Assembly: GCA_014905635.1 (NCBI GenBank)
Contig: JABVCE010000009.1
Span: forward strand, 186,001 to 250,000
DNA length: 64,000 nucleotides
Reading direction: 5' to 3'
Source of the DNA: Scenedesmus sp. PABB004
Lineage: Eukaryota
In this document: positions 26,398-37,648 of the stretch, in pieces
How positions within the stretch are numbered: the first letter of the stretch is position 1
Layout: every line of letters starts with the position of its first letter
Notes under the pieces: model-generated
What the model saw: the letters and a program-made list of their open reading frames with translations, nothing else
Told to the model about the DNA's origin: nothing
The model's database searches: none
Program-made: the position numbers and the translations under genes

Positions 26398-26530
26398 GGT
26401 CTGCACTGCACTACACACTACACAACGAGGCCAGGTCTGCGCTGCACTACACACGGAGGCTGCGTCACGCCACGCTGCACACAAGTCAGAGCACAGAGCC
26501 GCTGCACAAGTCAGAGCCGCTGCACACGCC
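26398..26530. repeat. Imperfect short direct repeats downstream of the U-box gene
   Basis: ggtctgc(a/g)ctgcactacaca x2 and gctgcaca(ca)agtcagagc x2. Confidence 0.6.
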
Positions 26531-26591
26531 CGCGCGGGCGACAGATGCACACACGTACACACCAGCCCTCGCACAGCACCCGCAGCAACGC

Positions 26592-27569
26592 TCACGTTGC
26601 GACGCCGTGGCGCTGCAGCCACGCCGCGATCTGGTCGCGCAGCGCGATGTTGGGGTAGAGCTGCCCCGGGCCGAGGCTGCCGCCGCTCAGCGCGTCGCGC
26701 GCGGGGTCGTGCCCGGCGCGGGCGAGGAACTCCTCAATGTGCGACCTGCGCGGGGGGGGGGGGGGCGGACCCGGCGGGTCGGGTCGGGGGGCGGGGGCGG
26801 GTGTGTGTGCTTGCGAGCGCACGGGCGCGGGCGCCGCCGGCGCGGGCCAGCCAGGGCCGCCGGCGAGCGGGCGCGCGCGGCCGGGCTGCCGGCGCTGCGG
26901 CGCGCACCGCTCAAAGGTGATCCCGCTCGGCGTGACGCAGGGGTCGGTCATGAGGCAGCGCCCGAGCGGGCAGAGGAACTCGGCGGGCGCGAGCTCCAGG
27001 AGCTCGCGCTGCCGCTCCGCCGAGACGTCAAACTCGAGCGGCGGCGGCACGGTCGTGCAGCAGCTCGCGCTCGACGCGCGCTTGCTGGGCGGCGCGGTGC
27101 TGCTGCAGGGACCCGACGACAGCGACAGCGAGAGCACCGCCGCCGCGCCGACCGCGGCCGCCGCCGCGCCCGGCGGCAGGTCGGCCAGCGCCACGGCGGC
27201 CGCCGCCGCCGCGCAGGCGGCTGGCGCCGCGCTCGCCCGGCTCGGGGCCGCCTCCCCCGCGGCGTCGCGTGCCCAAACCCGGACGCTGTCCTGCGCCTGC
27301 AGCTGCCGGACCTCCTGCTGCAGCTCGCTGACGCAGCTGTGGAGCTGCCGCACCTCCGCCCGCGCGTCGCCGCCCTGCGGCGGGCGGTGCGCCGGCAGCG
27401 TGGGCGGGCGGCCGGCGACCGCGCGCGCTCCCCCGCAGCGCCCCAGGCAGCACCCTGCTGCGCGTCTCCACGCGCAGGGACTCACGTAGAGCTGCGCCGC
27501 CGCGAAGCACGCGCGGCTCAGGAGGTGGAGGCCCCAGCCCCACCACAGCAGGCAGGCCGTCACCAGCAT
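26592..27569 (-). CDS. U-box domain protein (putative E3 ligase); start uncertain
   Basis: APAEFLCPLGRCLMTDPCVTPSGITFER-SHIEEFL...DP...LYPNIALRDQIAAW is a U-box; preceded by coiled coil EVRQLHSCVSELQQEVRQLQ. Confidence 0.85.
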   Translation of the reverse strand: MLVTACLLWWGWGLHLLSRACFAAAQLYVSPCAWRRAAGCCLGRCGGARAVAGRPPTLPAHRPPQGGDARAEVRQLHSCVSELQQEVRQLQAQDSVRVWARDAAGEAAPSRASAAPAACAAAAAAVALADLPPGAAAAAVGAAAVLSLSLSSGPCSSTAPPSKRASSASCCTTVPPPLEFDVSAERQRELLELAPAEFLCPLGRCLMTDPCVTPSGITFERCAPQRRQPGRARPLAGGPGWPAPAAPAPVRSQAHTPAPAPRPDPPGPPPPPPRRSHIEEFLARAGHDPARDALSGGSLGPGQLYPNIALRDQIAAWLQRHGVAT

Positions 27570-28199
27570 GTGGGCGGCTGTGGGCACGCGAGTGGGCCAC
27601 TGTGGGCACGGGAGTCCGGCACTCAGTGCCTCGCCATGCTCGACGGCGGCGGCGGCGGCGAGGGCGCAGCAGCTGCGGGCCAGCGCTGGACGGGCTGGCC
27701 GGAGACGCCCGCGTGCGTGTGTGCGCTGGGACACGCCCAGCGGCTCGCCCAGAGACGGCGGCGGCGCGCGCTGCTGGCGGCGTCGGTTGGGCAGTGCTGC
27801 GTGAGTCCGCGATTGGCGCGGGCTGTGCGATCGACTTCTCCCGGCATGAGCAGTGGTGCTGCCGAGCTGGCTGGAACAGCACTGAACCACGCGGCGGAGC
27901 TCGCTGAACCTTGAGCGTCCGACCCCTCACGCACGCCCGCGCGCCGGCGCGCGGGCGCCGGGGCCGCCGCCCCCCCCGCGTGCGGCGCAGAGCTGCAGTC
28001 CTGCGCTGCTCGGGCGGCGCGCGCGTGGCGGTCCCGGGTGGTTGCAGTCGCGCGCCGAGTCCAGGGCCAGGCTGGCCCGGCAGCACACGGCAGCACACTG
28101 CTGGTCGCCGCCGCCGTCGCTGCCGCCGCCGCCGCCGCCGGGCTGCCTCGCCGGGCGCTGCGCCCAGGGCAGACGTAGCACAGAGCCAGGGCAGGCGCT

Positions 28200-28682
28200 T
28201 CACAGCCCCGCCTCGGCGGGGGTCTTGGTGTCCATCGACAGCGCGTGCACGCCGGCCTTGATCTCGTCGTCGAGCAGGCGGTACATCATCTGGTGCCGCG
28301 CGACCAGCCGCTTGCCCTCAAACTCCGCCGACACCACCTCAACCCTGCGCGGCGGGGCGCGAGCACGGCGGGCGCGCGGGTGAGCGGCAGCGCGGGGCGC
28401 GCCGCGGCGGCCGCGTCGCAGCCGCGGCCGTGGCCGCGCTCGCGCTCGCGCAGCCAGCGGCGGCGCCGGCAGCGCCGGGCGGCCCGCGCGCCTGAAGTGT
28501 GTCTCGGCGTCGGGTGCGCCGGAGGGGTTGCCGGCGTGGCCGGCGTGCTTGGCCGAGTCGTCGATGATCTTCAGCAGCGCCGGCTTGAGCGCGCCCTCGA
28601 GCTTGCGCTGCATGCTCGCCGCGATCGGGCGCGGCGCCTGCGCGTTGGCGGCGGCCATCACGCGCAGGCCGCGGGCGAGCAT
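28200..28682 (-). CDS. BolA-family protein (organelle-targeted), 2 exons
   Basis: LKIIDDSAKHAGH...ETHFR-VEVVSAEFEGKRLVARHQMMY...GVHALSMDTKTP; GC-AG intron 28345-28491. Confidence 0.93.
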   Translation of the reverse strand: MLARGLRVMAAANAQAPRPIAASMQRKLEGALKPALLKIIDDSAKHAGHAGNPSGAPDAETHFRRAGRPALPAPPLAARARARPRPRLRRGRRGAPRAAAHPRARRARAPPRRVEVVSAEFEGKRLVARHQMMYRLLDDEIKAGVHALSMDTKTPAEAGL

Positions 28683-29069
28683 GGCAGCTGCGACGGTGCG
28701 GCTGCCGTGCAAGCGGCGTGCGCGGAGAGGGACAGCAGGCGCGGCGAGCAGCGGCGCGCGGCGGCGGGTGCAGGCGTCGGCGTGGGCTGCGTGCGCGGGT
28801 CGCGGTTTGCCTGGCGGCTAGTTGAGGGAGCGGCGAGGACTGGCGGCAGCGTCCCGGCCACGCGCGCCAACGGGCGAGCGCGGCAGCGGCGGCCTCAGAC
28901 CCTGCACCGCGCCCCGCCGCCCGCCGCCCGGCAAAGCGGGGCGCGGGCTGTTCGCTCCGAGAGAGCGTGAGGGGGCGGCAGGCTCACGCACCGCTGCGGG
29001 GCCCGCGGCGGCCGCTGCCGCTGCACTCGTGGGCGCCGCTGCGGCGCTGCCCGCGCCGCCGGGGCAGCA

Positions 29070-29639
29070 ATGGAGATGCCGCCGGACCAGCCGGCTGCGA
29101 GTGCGGACGAGTGGCGGGTGGCGCTGGAGAAGGTGGTGCCGGCCTGCGTGGTGCTCAAGTGCGTGGCCGCAACGCTGGCCGGATGCCGGGCCACCAGCGC
29201 GCGCAGGCGGCTCGGCACGGCACGTCGCCCCGTGCTCAGCTTGGCAAAGTGTACCTGCCAGCACCCACCGCGCTGCGGGAGCCCGGGGGGCCCCGAGCGC
29301 GCCGCCCTGGCTGCGCAGCAGCGGCGGCCGCGCCAGGCGCGCCCCGGCGCCGAGCGCCGCCCACAAGCTCCGTCGCGGCGCCCGCAGGGTCACGCAGACG
29401 CGCGCCTTCGATACGGAGCCGGCGAGCAGCAGCTACGCGACGGGTGCGCGGCGGCGGCGCGCGGCGGCGGCGCGGCGTGCGCCCTGCGACGGTCGGCGCC
29501 CGCCCCTGCGCTGCCGCAGGCTTCATCGTGGACAAGAGCCGCGGCATCATCTGCACCAACCGCCACGTCGTGACCCCAGGCGCGCGCCGCGCGGCCGCGC
29601 CCTCGCAGCCGCCGCGGGCGGGGCCCGCCGCGCGCCGAG

Positions 29640-29676
<37 letters not shown>

Positions 29677-31317
29677 GCGCGCTCGCATCCTGCAGGCCCC
29701 GTCGTCGCGGAGGCGATCTTTTTGAACCGCGAGGAGCTGCCCGTGTTTCCGCTCTATTACGACCCGGTGCACGACTTTGGCTTCCTGCGCTTCGAGCCGA
29801 GCAAGCTGCAGTTCATGCAGGCGCGGCGGCAGCGCGCGCTTGCAGGACGGCGGCGGCGGCGGCGGCGCGCGCGCTTGCAGGACGGCGGCGGGCGCGCGCG
29901 CGCGCGGCCCGCGGCGACGCGCGCCGACGCGCGCCCCGCGCGCGCGGCGGCGCAGGTCGCGGAGGTGCCGCTCGCGCCCGAGGCCGCGGCGGTGGGGCTG
30001 GAGATCCGCGTCGTCGGCAACGACAGCGGCGAGAAGGTCTCCATCCTCGCGGGCACGCTCGCGCGGCTCGACCGCGACGCGCCGCACTACGGGCGCAAGG
30101 GGTACAACGACTTCAACACCTTCTACCTGCAGGCGGCGTCAGGTGGGGGCCGGGCAGGCCGCTGGCCGGCGGGGCGCGCTGCGCGCTGGCAGCGGCGCCC
30201 CGCCGCCGCCAGGCAGCCGCGGGCAGCGGCAGCCGGACGAGCACTGCGTGTAAGGTGGCCGCGGCGTGCTCAGTGCCCGGCTGTCTAAGGGTTTGTGCGA
30301 GAGCGCACGCGGCGGATCCAAACGGCTGCAGGGCACGGCAGCAGGTGCACTGATCCTTCGCCCTGCTGTGGCGCATGACCCCTGCAGCAACCTGTCGGCC
30401 GCACACCCACCCTCTCTCTCTCTCCCTCTCACGCGCGCGCCGCGCAGCAGCCGCCGGCTGCGCCCCGCGGCTGCGCCGCCGGCGCGCGGCCGAGCGGCCG
30501 CCCCGCCGCCGCCCCGCCGCTGCCCCGCCGCCGCTCCGCCCCGCCGCCGCCGCCGCCAGGCACCAAGGGCGGCTCCAGCGGCTCGCCCGTCATCGACAGC
30601 CAGGGCCGCGCGATCGGGCTCAACGCGGGCGGCAAGAACAAGGCGCAGAGCGCCTACTACCTGCCTCTGGAGCGCGTCGTGCGCGCGCTGCACCTGCTGC
30701 AGCAGCGCTGGCCGCTCGGCGGGCCGCTCGACGCGGGCTGGTCGGCGGCGTGCGTGCCGCGCGGCGACCTGCAGAGCACGTTTGTGTTCAAGGGCTTCGA
30801 CGAGGTCCGCCGCCTCGGGCTGCGCCAGGAGACGGAGGCGGTCGTGCGGCTCGCAAAGGCGCGCAGCCACGGCGCGCCAGGTGAGCCCGCGTCGGGCGCG
30901 CGGCGCGGCGCAGCCCGTGTGCCGGCGCAGGCCGCGGCCGGGCCGACGCGCCGGGGCCGACGCGCCGGGGCTCGCCGCCGCCGCCGCCTCCGCGCAGGCG
31001 TGGCCGGCGCGCAGCTGCACACGGTCGGGCTGCTGGTCGTTGAGGCGGCCGTGCCGGGCAGCCCCGCGGACGGCGTGCTGGAGCCGGGCGACGTGCTCGT
31101 GCGCGTGCAGGGCCAGGTGGTGAGCCACTTCCTGGCGCTGGAGGAGCTGCTGGACGCCGCGGTGGGGCAGACGGTGGAGCTGCAGCTCGAGCGCGGCGGC
31201 ACGCCGCTCGTGGTGTCGCTGCCGGTCACAGACCTGCACAGCGTCACGCCCAGCAGGTGCGCGCGGGGCGGGCGCGGGCGCGGCAGCGCCGGGCGGCGCG
31301 CGCGCGGCGGGGCCGAC

Positions 31318-31348
<31 letters not shown>

Positions 31349-34099
31349 AGCATGCTGGAGCTGGCGGGCGGCTCGGTGCACGCGCTGAGCTACCAGCAGG
31401 CGCGCAACAACCGCGCGGCGGTGGGCCAGGTCTACGTGGCCGAGGTGCGCCCCCTCCCCCGGCGCCGCCGCTCGCTGCGTGCCGCCGTCGGCCCGCGCGC
31501 CCGCCCAGTCCCCAGCGAAGCCGCCGCAGCCGCCGGCCCTCCGCTCACCCGGCCGCTGCCGCCGTCCTCCGCCCGCCCGCCCGCCGCCAGCCCGGCTACG
31601 TGCTGGGCCGCGCGAGCGTGCCAAAGTGCGCGCTCATCACGGCGCTGGACGGCGTGCCCACGCCCGACCTGCGCGCGTTTGCGCTCGTGCTGCGCAGCCT
31701 CGCGCACGGCGCACGCGTGCCGCTGGAGTACATAACCTTTGGCGAGCGCCACCGTCGCAAGAGCGCCATCCTGCAGGCGCGGCGCGGGGCCGCCGCGCGC
31801 GCGGGCAGCGCCCCGGCGGGCGCCGCCTCACGCGCGCGCGCCCCTCGCGGCCCCGCAGGTCGACCGGCAGTGGTACGGCGTGCCCCTGCACTGGACACGC
31901 GACGACGCGGCGGGCGTGTGGCACCCGAGCGAGGACTTCCCGCCGCTGCCGCCGGGCGTGACCGAGCCGGCGGCCATCTCCAAGCTCCTGCCCGCGCCGC
32001 ACGCCAACGGCAGGAGCGGCGCCAAGGCGGGCGCCGCGGCGGCAAACGGCAAGGCGCCGCCCGCGGCGGCGGCGGCGGCAGACGCAGCAGGCGGCGCAGC
32101 AGACGGCGCAGCGGGCGGCGCAGCGGGCAGCGCAGCGGGCGGTGCAGCGGGCGGCGGCGCAGCGGCGCTGCCTCCGGGCAGCGGCGAGCTGCACCCCATC
32201 GTCGCGGCGGCGCGCGCACGGCTCGCGGCGGCCAAGGCGGCGCGCGGCGACGCCGCGCCCGCGCCCGCCGCGCCCGCCGCGCCCGCCGCGCCCGCCGCGG
32301 CGCCGGCGTCCGCGGCGGCGCCGCCGGGCGCGGACGGCTTCACCGAGGCCGTGGAGGAACGGCTCAAAAACTGCCTGGTGCTGGTGGACGTCGACATCCC
32401 GCTCGTCGCGCTCAGCGACGGCGTGCACGCGCGCAGCTTCGCGGGCAACGGCCTCGTCGTGCACCACGGGCAGCACCTGGGCCTGGTGCTCGTGGACCGC
32501 AACACCATCACCATCGGCACGTGCGACGTCAACCTCTCGTTCGGCGCGCACCCCGCCGAGATCCCAGGCAGCGTGCGCTTCCTGCACCCGCTGCACAAGT
32601 GAGCGGGGCCGCGCCGCGCGGGGCGCGGCGGTCGCGCGAGCGCACTCCCGCGGGGGCGCGGCGGCCGCGCCGCGCGCTCGGCGGCGCGTGCCCGGCGGGC
32701 GGGCAGGGCGCTGACGCCGCCGCCGCCGCCGCCGCGCCGCGCGCCGCAGCTTTGCGCTGGTCGCGTACAGCCCGGCCGCGCTGCCGCCCGAGGCGCGCTC
32801 GCGCGTGTGCGCCGCGCAGCTGCTCACGGCGCCGCCGCTCGCGCGCGGCGAGCGCTGCCGGCTGGTGGGGCTGACCAAGAGCCTTCGCATCATGCAGCGC
32901 AGCTGCACCGTCACCAACGCGACCGTCGCGCTCACCATCCCCAGCGCGGAGGTCCCGCGGTGCGGCCGCCGGCGCCGCGCCCGGGCGCCGCCGGGCGGCG
33001 GCCGGCCGCTCCGCTCCGCCGCGCGCGCCCGCGCGCCGACGCGCCCGCCCGCCCGCCCGCCTCGTTGACCAACGCCGCCCCGCGCCCGCGCCCCCACACA
33101 CTCGCGCGTCGCAGCTTCCGTGCTGTGCATGAGGAGGTGGTCAAGCTGGACCAGGTGGGCCGCGCGGCGGGGCGTTCGCCGGCGCAGCGCGCAGGCTCGG
33201 CGGCGGCAGGGCGCAGGGCCCGCGAGCCCCGCCGCCGACATGCGCCGGCGGCCTCGGCCCACGCCCGCGCGCGCGCCCGCGCCCCGGCCCGCGCAGGACT
33301 TTGGCGCGACCTTCAGCGGCGTCCTCACGGACGACGTCGGCCGCGTGCGCGCGCTGTGGGGCAGCTATGCGGAGCAGGTGCGCGCCGCGCTAGGGCGCGT
33401 GCGCGGGCGCGCACCCGCATGGGCGCGCGGGCGGCCGCCGCGCGGGCGCGCGACGCACGCCGCCCCGCCGCGCCGCCAGGTGGACCGCGAGGAGCGCGAG
33501 TGGTGCGCCGGCCTGCCAGCGCACGTGTTTGCGCCCTGGGTGGAGCGCCTGGTCGCCCAGGAGTCGCCCGGCATCACCGCGCCGCCGCTGCCCGTGCGGT
33601 GAGCGCGCCGCACATGGGTTTGGGGGGGGGGGGGGCTGGGGCAGCGCCGCAGCAGGCGCCAGCGAGGGGCGGGGGTCGCCGCACGCCCAACGTGGCACGG
33701 CCGCGCCCGCCGCTGCCAGGGTGCTGGACGCGGAGCTGGAGGCCGTGCTGCTCAGCAAGGCCGCGCAGCTGGGCCTGCCGAGCGAGTGGGTGAGCCTGCT
33801 GGACGAGCTGGACCCGGAGCGCCGCCAGGTGGGGCAGGGCCCGCGCGCTCGGCGCCGCGGCCGCCGCGCCGGGCGCGCCGCCCGTGCTGCGCGCCGCCGC
33901 CCACGTGCGACCGCGGCTGCGCGCCCGCCGCCGCGCCGCTGGGCCCGCAGGTGCTGCGCGTGCGCAGCACGGTCGCGTCGAGCGCCGCCGCGGCGGTGCT
34001 GCGCAGCGGCGACATGATCCTGGCGATGCAGGGGCAGCCGGTGAGCAGCTTCACCGACGTGGAGTCGATCATCGCCGCGGTCGACGCCGACAGCGCGGT

Positions 34100-34132
<33 letters not shown>

Positions 34133-35147
34133 GCAGCAGCCGCAGGAGCGGCCGGCCAAGCGGCAGCGGGGCGGGCGGCCGCGCCCGCGGCCGAGGCAGC
34201 CGCGGCCGAGGCAGCGGCGGCGGCGGGCGACGCGGCGGCGGCGGGCCCGTGCGTGGCCGTGACGCTGTTCCGCGCGGGCGTGGTACGCGACGTGCTGGTG
34301 GGCCTCGGCCAGGAGGACAGCCTCGGCACCGACCGCCTCGTGCACTGGTGCGGCGCGCAGCTGCAGGCGCCGCACCGCGGCGTGCGTGAGCTCGGGTTCC
34401 AGCCCGAGGGCCCGGCCGGCGTCTTTATCAGCCGCTGGCACCACGGCTCGCCCGCGCACCGGTGCGGCGCGCCCGCCGCGCCCGCCGCGCCCGCCGCGCC
34501 CGCGCCGCCCGCGCCGCCGCCTGCGGCCCCTCCTCTCTCGCCGCGCCTCCCCTCACCGTGCCGCCGCCGCCGCCGCGTCCCTCCGCCGCGCCCCAGGTAC
34601 GGGCTGTTCGCCCTGCATTGGGTGCTCGAGGTCAACGGCCACCCCACGCCCGACCTCGACACGCTGCTCGCCGCCGTGGCGCACCTGCGCGACGGCGACT
34701 TTGCGCGCGTCAAGGTCTGCCACCTCGAGACGACGCAGCACAAGGTGCGGCGGCGGGCGCGCCGGGCGCACGGCGCGCTCCCCGCCGGCGCCGGCCGGCG
34801 GCCGAGGCCCTGCCCGCCGCGCCGCGCCGCGCCGCGCCGCGCCGCGCCGCGCCGCCGCCTCCGCGCAGGTGCTGACGCTGAAGCTCGACACCAAATACTG
34901 GCCCAGCTGGGAGCTGCGCCGCGACCCCGGCACCGGCAGCTGGACGCGGCGCCTCATCGGCGGCAGCGGCGCCGCCGCCGCCGCCGGTGCCAACGCGGGA
35001 CGCGCCGGCGGCGGCGCCGGTGCGGCGGCGGCGGGCGGCGCGGCGGCGGGCGGCGCAGCGGCGGGCGGCGCGGCGACAGGCGACGGCAGCGGCGCGTGCA
35101 CGTCGCCGGCGGCGGGCGGCGGTGCGGCCGAGGCGATGCAGCATTGA
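29070..35147 (+). CDS. DEG7: HtrA-family protease Deg7/Nma111-like; many exons; apparent frameshift near 34170
   Basis: Triad motifs [52 protein letters not shown]...[11 protein letters not shown] regions; second degenerate protease-like domain; [15 protein letters not shown]. Confidence 0.95.
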
Positions 35148-35460
35148 GCTGCCCTGGGCAGGACCAGCAGATTATTGTACTGATACCGTGCGCAGCAGCG
35201 GATTGCGGGCGGCCTGGCTCGACGACCAGCCGCCCCCGGCACTGCCTTTGGTGCGGGACCCGGACCGCGTGCCGGGGCTGGCTGCGCCTGCCTGCTTGAG
35301 CGGCAGTTCCGTGGCTCACGCCCTGGCCGCGCGCGCACTGCATCTGCTTCGTGATTGCTCGCAGTAACCCGGCACGAACGGACGACCGCGGGGCGTCCTC
35401 CAGCCGCGCCGCGCTGCCAGCCCGCCGCGCCGCGGCCTCGCGCGCGCCAGCGCCCCAGGC

Positions 35461-36086
35461 TCAGAAGCCCACGTCAACCTCCACAAACGTTGACACGCTC
35501 TTCTCGACAAACTCAACGCCCGCGGGGCCGAGGCTGGCCTGGAACGCCTTGAACGGCTCGGACTGCCAGTGCACACTCTCGAGGTAGTCCTTGGACTCGT
35601 ACCTGCGCGCGGCCCGCGCGCGCGCCAGGCGGCGGCTGCGGCTGCGGCGGCCCGGCGCTGGTGCCCAGGTCGCGCGCGGGCCGGGCCGCACTGCCGCGCC
35701 GCACCGCTCGTAGATGATGAAGCGGTCGGGGTCGGCCGCGTCGAGCGAGAGCTCGTACGCCGAGCAGCCGGCCTCGTGCGTCGCCACGTGCGCCGCCTGC
35801 GGCGCGCGCGCGGGGTCGCGTCGGCGGGCGGCCGAAGCGCGCCGCGGCGCGCCGCGCTGGCCGCGGCGAGCGACCGACCAGCGGCGCGAAGAGTTCTTGA
35901 AACTTGGTCATTTGGCCCGCCCCAAGCCTGCCCTGGACCAGGACGATGAAGCCCTGGCGGTTGGGCAGCGGGACGCGGCAGCGGCGCCGATCGGTCCGCG
36001 CCCGACCGCGCTCGCGCCGCTGCTCGGCGGCCGCGCGCCTTTTTGGACGGCTTGCCCGCGCCGAACGGCCGCTCGCCACCGCTCAT
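35461..36086 (-). CDS. ABM (antibiotic biosynthesis monooxygenase-like) dimeric alpha-beta barrel protein; 4 exons
   Basis: HEAGCSAYELSLDAADPDRFIIYER-YESKDYLESVHWQSEPF matches the ABM pattern EPGC..Y....D..DP..F...ERY.....H..S..F. Confidence 0.82.
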
Positions 36087-36346
36087 GGCGAACACGATGC
36101 TTCGCGGGCGCGCTGGGGCGATGCGCGCGGGCGAGCCGGCGGCAGCGGCACCGTGCCGGGCGGCGCCGCGTCCGCCTGCTCGCGCGAGCAGCATGGGCTG
36201 CGGCCGACCGCGCGGGCGCTGGCACGATCTGGGGGCCGCGTGTGCGGGGGCTCAGGCGTTACAGACGACCCGCGACGACGCGGCGCGGTTAAAACCGGTG
36301 ACACCTCAACCGCTGCCTGGTCGCTGCTGCTGCTGCTGCTGCGCCG

Positions 36347-37164
36347 CTAGCTGCTGCTGCTGCTGCTGCTGCCGCACCGCCGCCTGCGCCGCCAGCGGCA
36401 GGTGCGCCGCCGGAGGCGGCCGCGCCGGGCGCAGCTCGCCCGGGCGGTCGACGTACCTGCGGGCCGCGGCGGCGCGGCGCGCGCGTCGGCGGGCGGCCGT
36501 GAAGCGCCGCCCGCGCCCGCGCCCCGCCCGCTCCCCCCGCCGCCGCCCGCTCCCGCGCCGCGCACTCGATGTAGGCCATCGGCGCCGCGTCGTGCTGGCG
36601 GCGGCCGAGGTGCACGACGCGCGTGTAGCCGCCGGCGCGGCCCGCGTAGCGCGCGGCGAGCGTGGTGAAGAGCTTGTGCAGCTCGCGCTCGGTGCGCACG
36701 ACGCCGCTCGCGAGGATGAGGTTGTTCTTGTCGCCCTGCGCCGCGCCGGGCGCGGCCGAGCGCGCGCGCGTGACCGGCGGGGCGGGGCAGGGTGGGGCGG
36801 GCCGCGGCGCGCCGTCCGTTGGCGAGAGCGGGGCGAGGGGGCGCGCGGCGCGGCGAGGCGCGGCGAAGCGCGTCAACCTCCACAAACGGCGAGGCGCGGC
36901 GCGCCTTCTTGGCGTACGTCACCACGCGGTCCGCGACCTTGCGCAGCTCCTTGGCCTTGGGCAGCGTCGTCTGGATGCGCTCGTGCTCGATCAGCTGCGT
37001 CACCATCGTGCTGCGGCGCGGCGCGGCGGGGGCGGCGGCGTGTGGGTGCCCGCCGGCCGGCACAGGCCGCGTGCCCCCGCCGCGCGCGACGCCGCCCTGC
37101 GCGCGCACCGCAGCATGGCCCAGCGGTGGGCGGCATTGCGCCCGAGCTTGGCCTTGACCGTCAT
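36347..37164 (-). CDS. RPL17: Bacterial-type ribosomal protein L17 (probably mitochondrial); 4 exons
   Basis: [41 protein letters not shown]...KLFTTLAARYAGRAGGYTRV...DAAPMAYIE-YVDR. Confidence 0.95.
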
Positions 37165-37648
37165 TGGGCAGCGAGTGACTGGCGGCGGCCGCCGCCGCTG
37201 CTGCTGCCGCCGCTCCAGCCGCTGCTGTCGCCGCCGCCGGCACCGATCAGGCGGCCGTCTTCGTCCGACGCGCTACTCGCACGCAGGCCACAACGGCGCG
37301 GGGCCTGTCGCGGCAGAGAGAATGCGGTGCGGCCAGCCCGGGGAGAGATGATGCGGGCGCCAGGGGCGGGCACAGGCGCCTCTGCAGTGGCTGGGGTCGC
37401 GTGGCCCTCTCGGCGTGGCGGGGGCGTGGAATGGTGGAGCGGGCGCCGCCGGGCACGCGACCGCCGACGGCGCGCGTCGCTCCGGGCAGTGGCGGCGCAG
37501 GTCTTATCGCAGCGTCAGCGCCGTCAGGTGCTGGGGCCCCTCTCCCCCTCTCCCCCTCAGACCACTCCCTCCGCCGCCGCCGCCGCCGCCGCGCCGGCGG
37601 CACAGCCCGCCGCCGTGAGCGCTGCTGCCGCACCACACAGCGGGCGCG

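Noticed and set aside
28345..28491. In-frame, stop-free BolA intron as regulated intron retention
   Set aside because: Stop-free introns with length divisible by 3 are common by chance at this GC; retention would split the fold.
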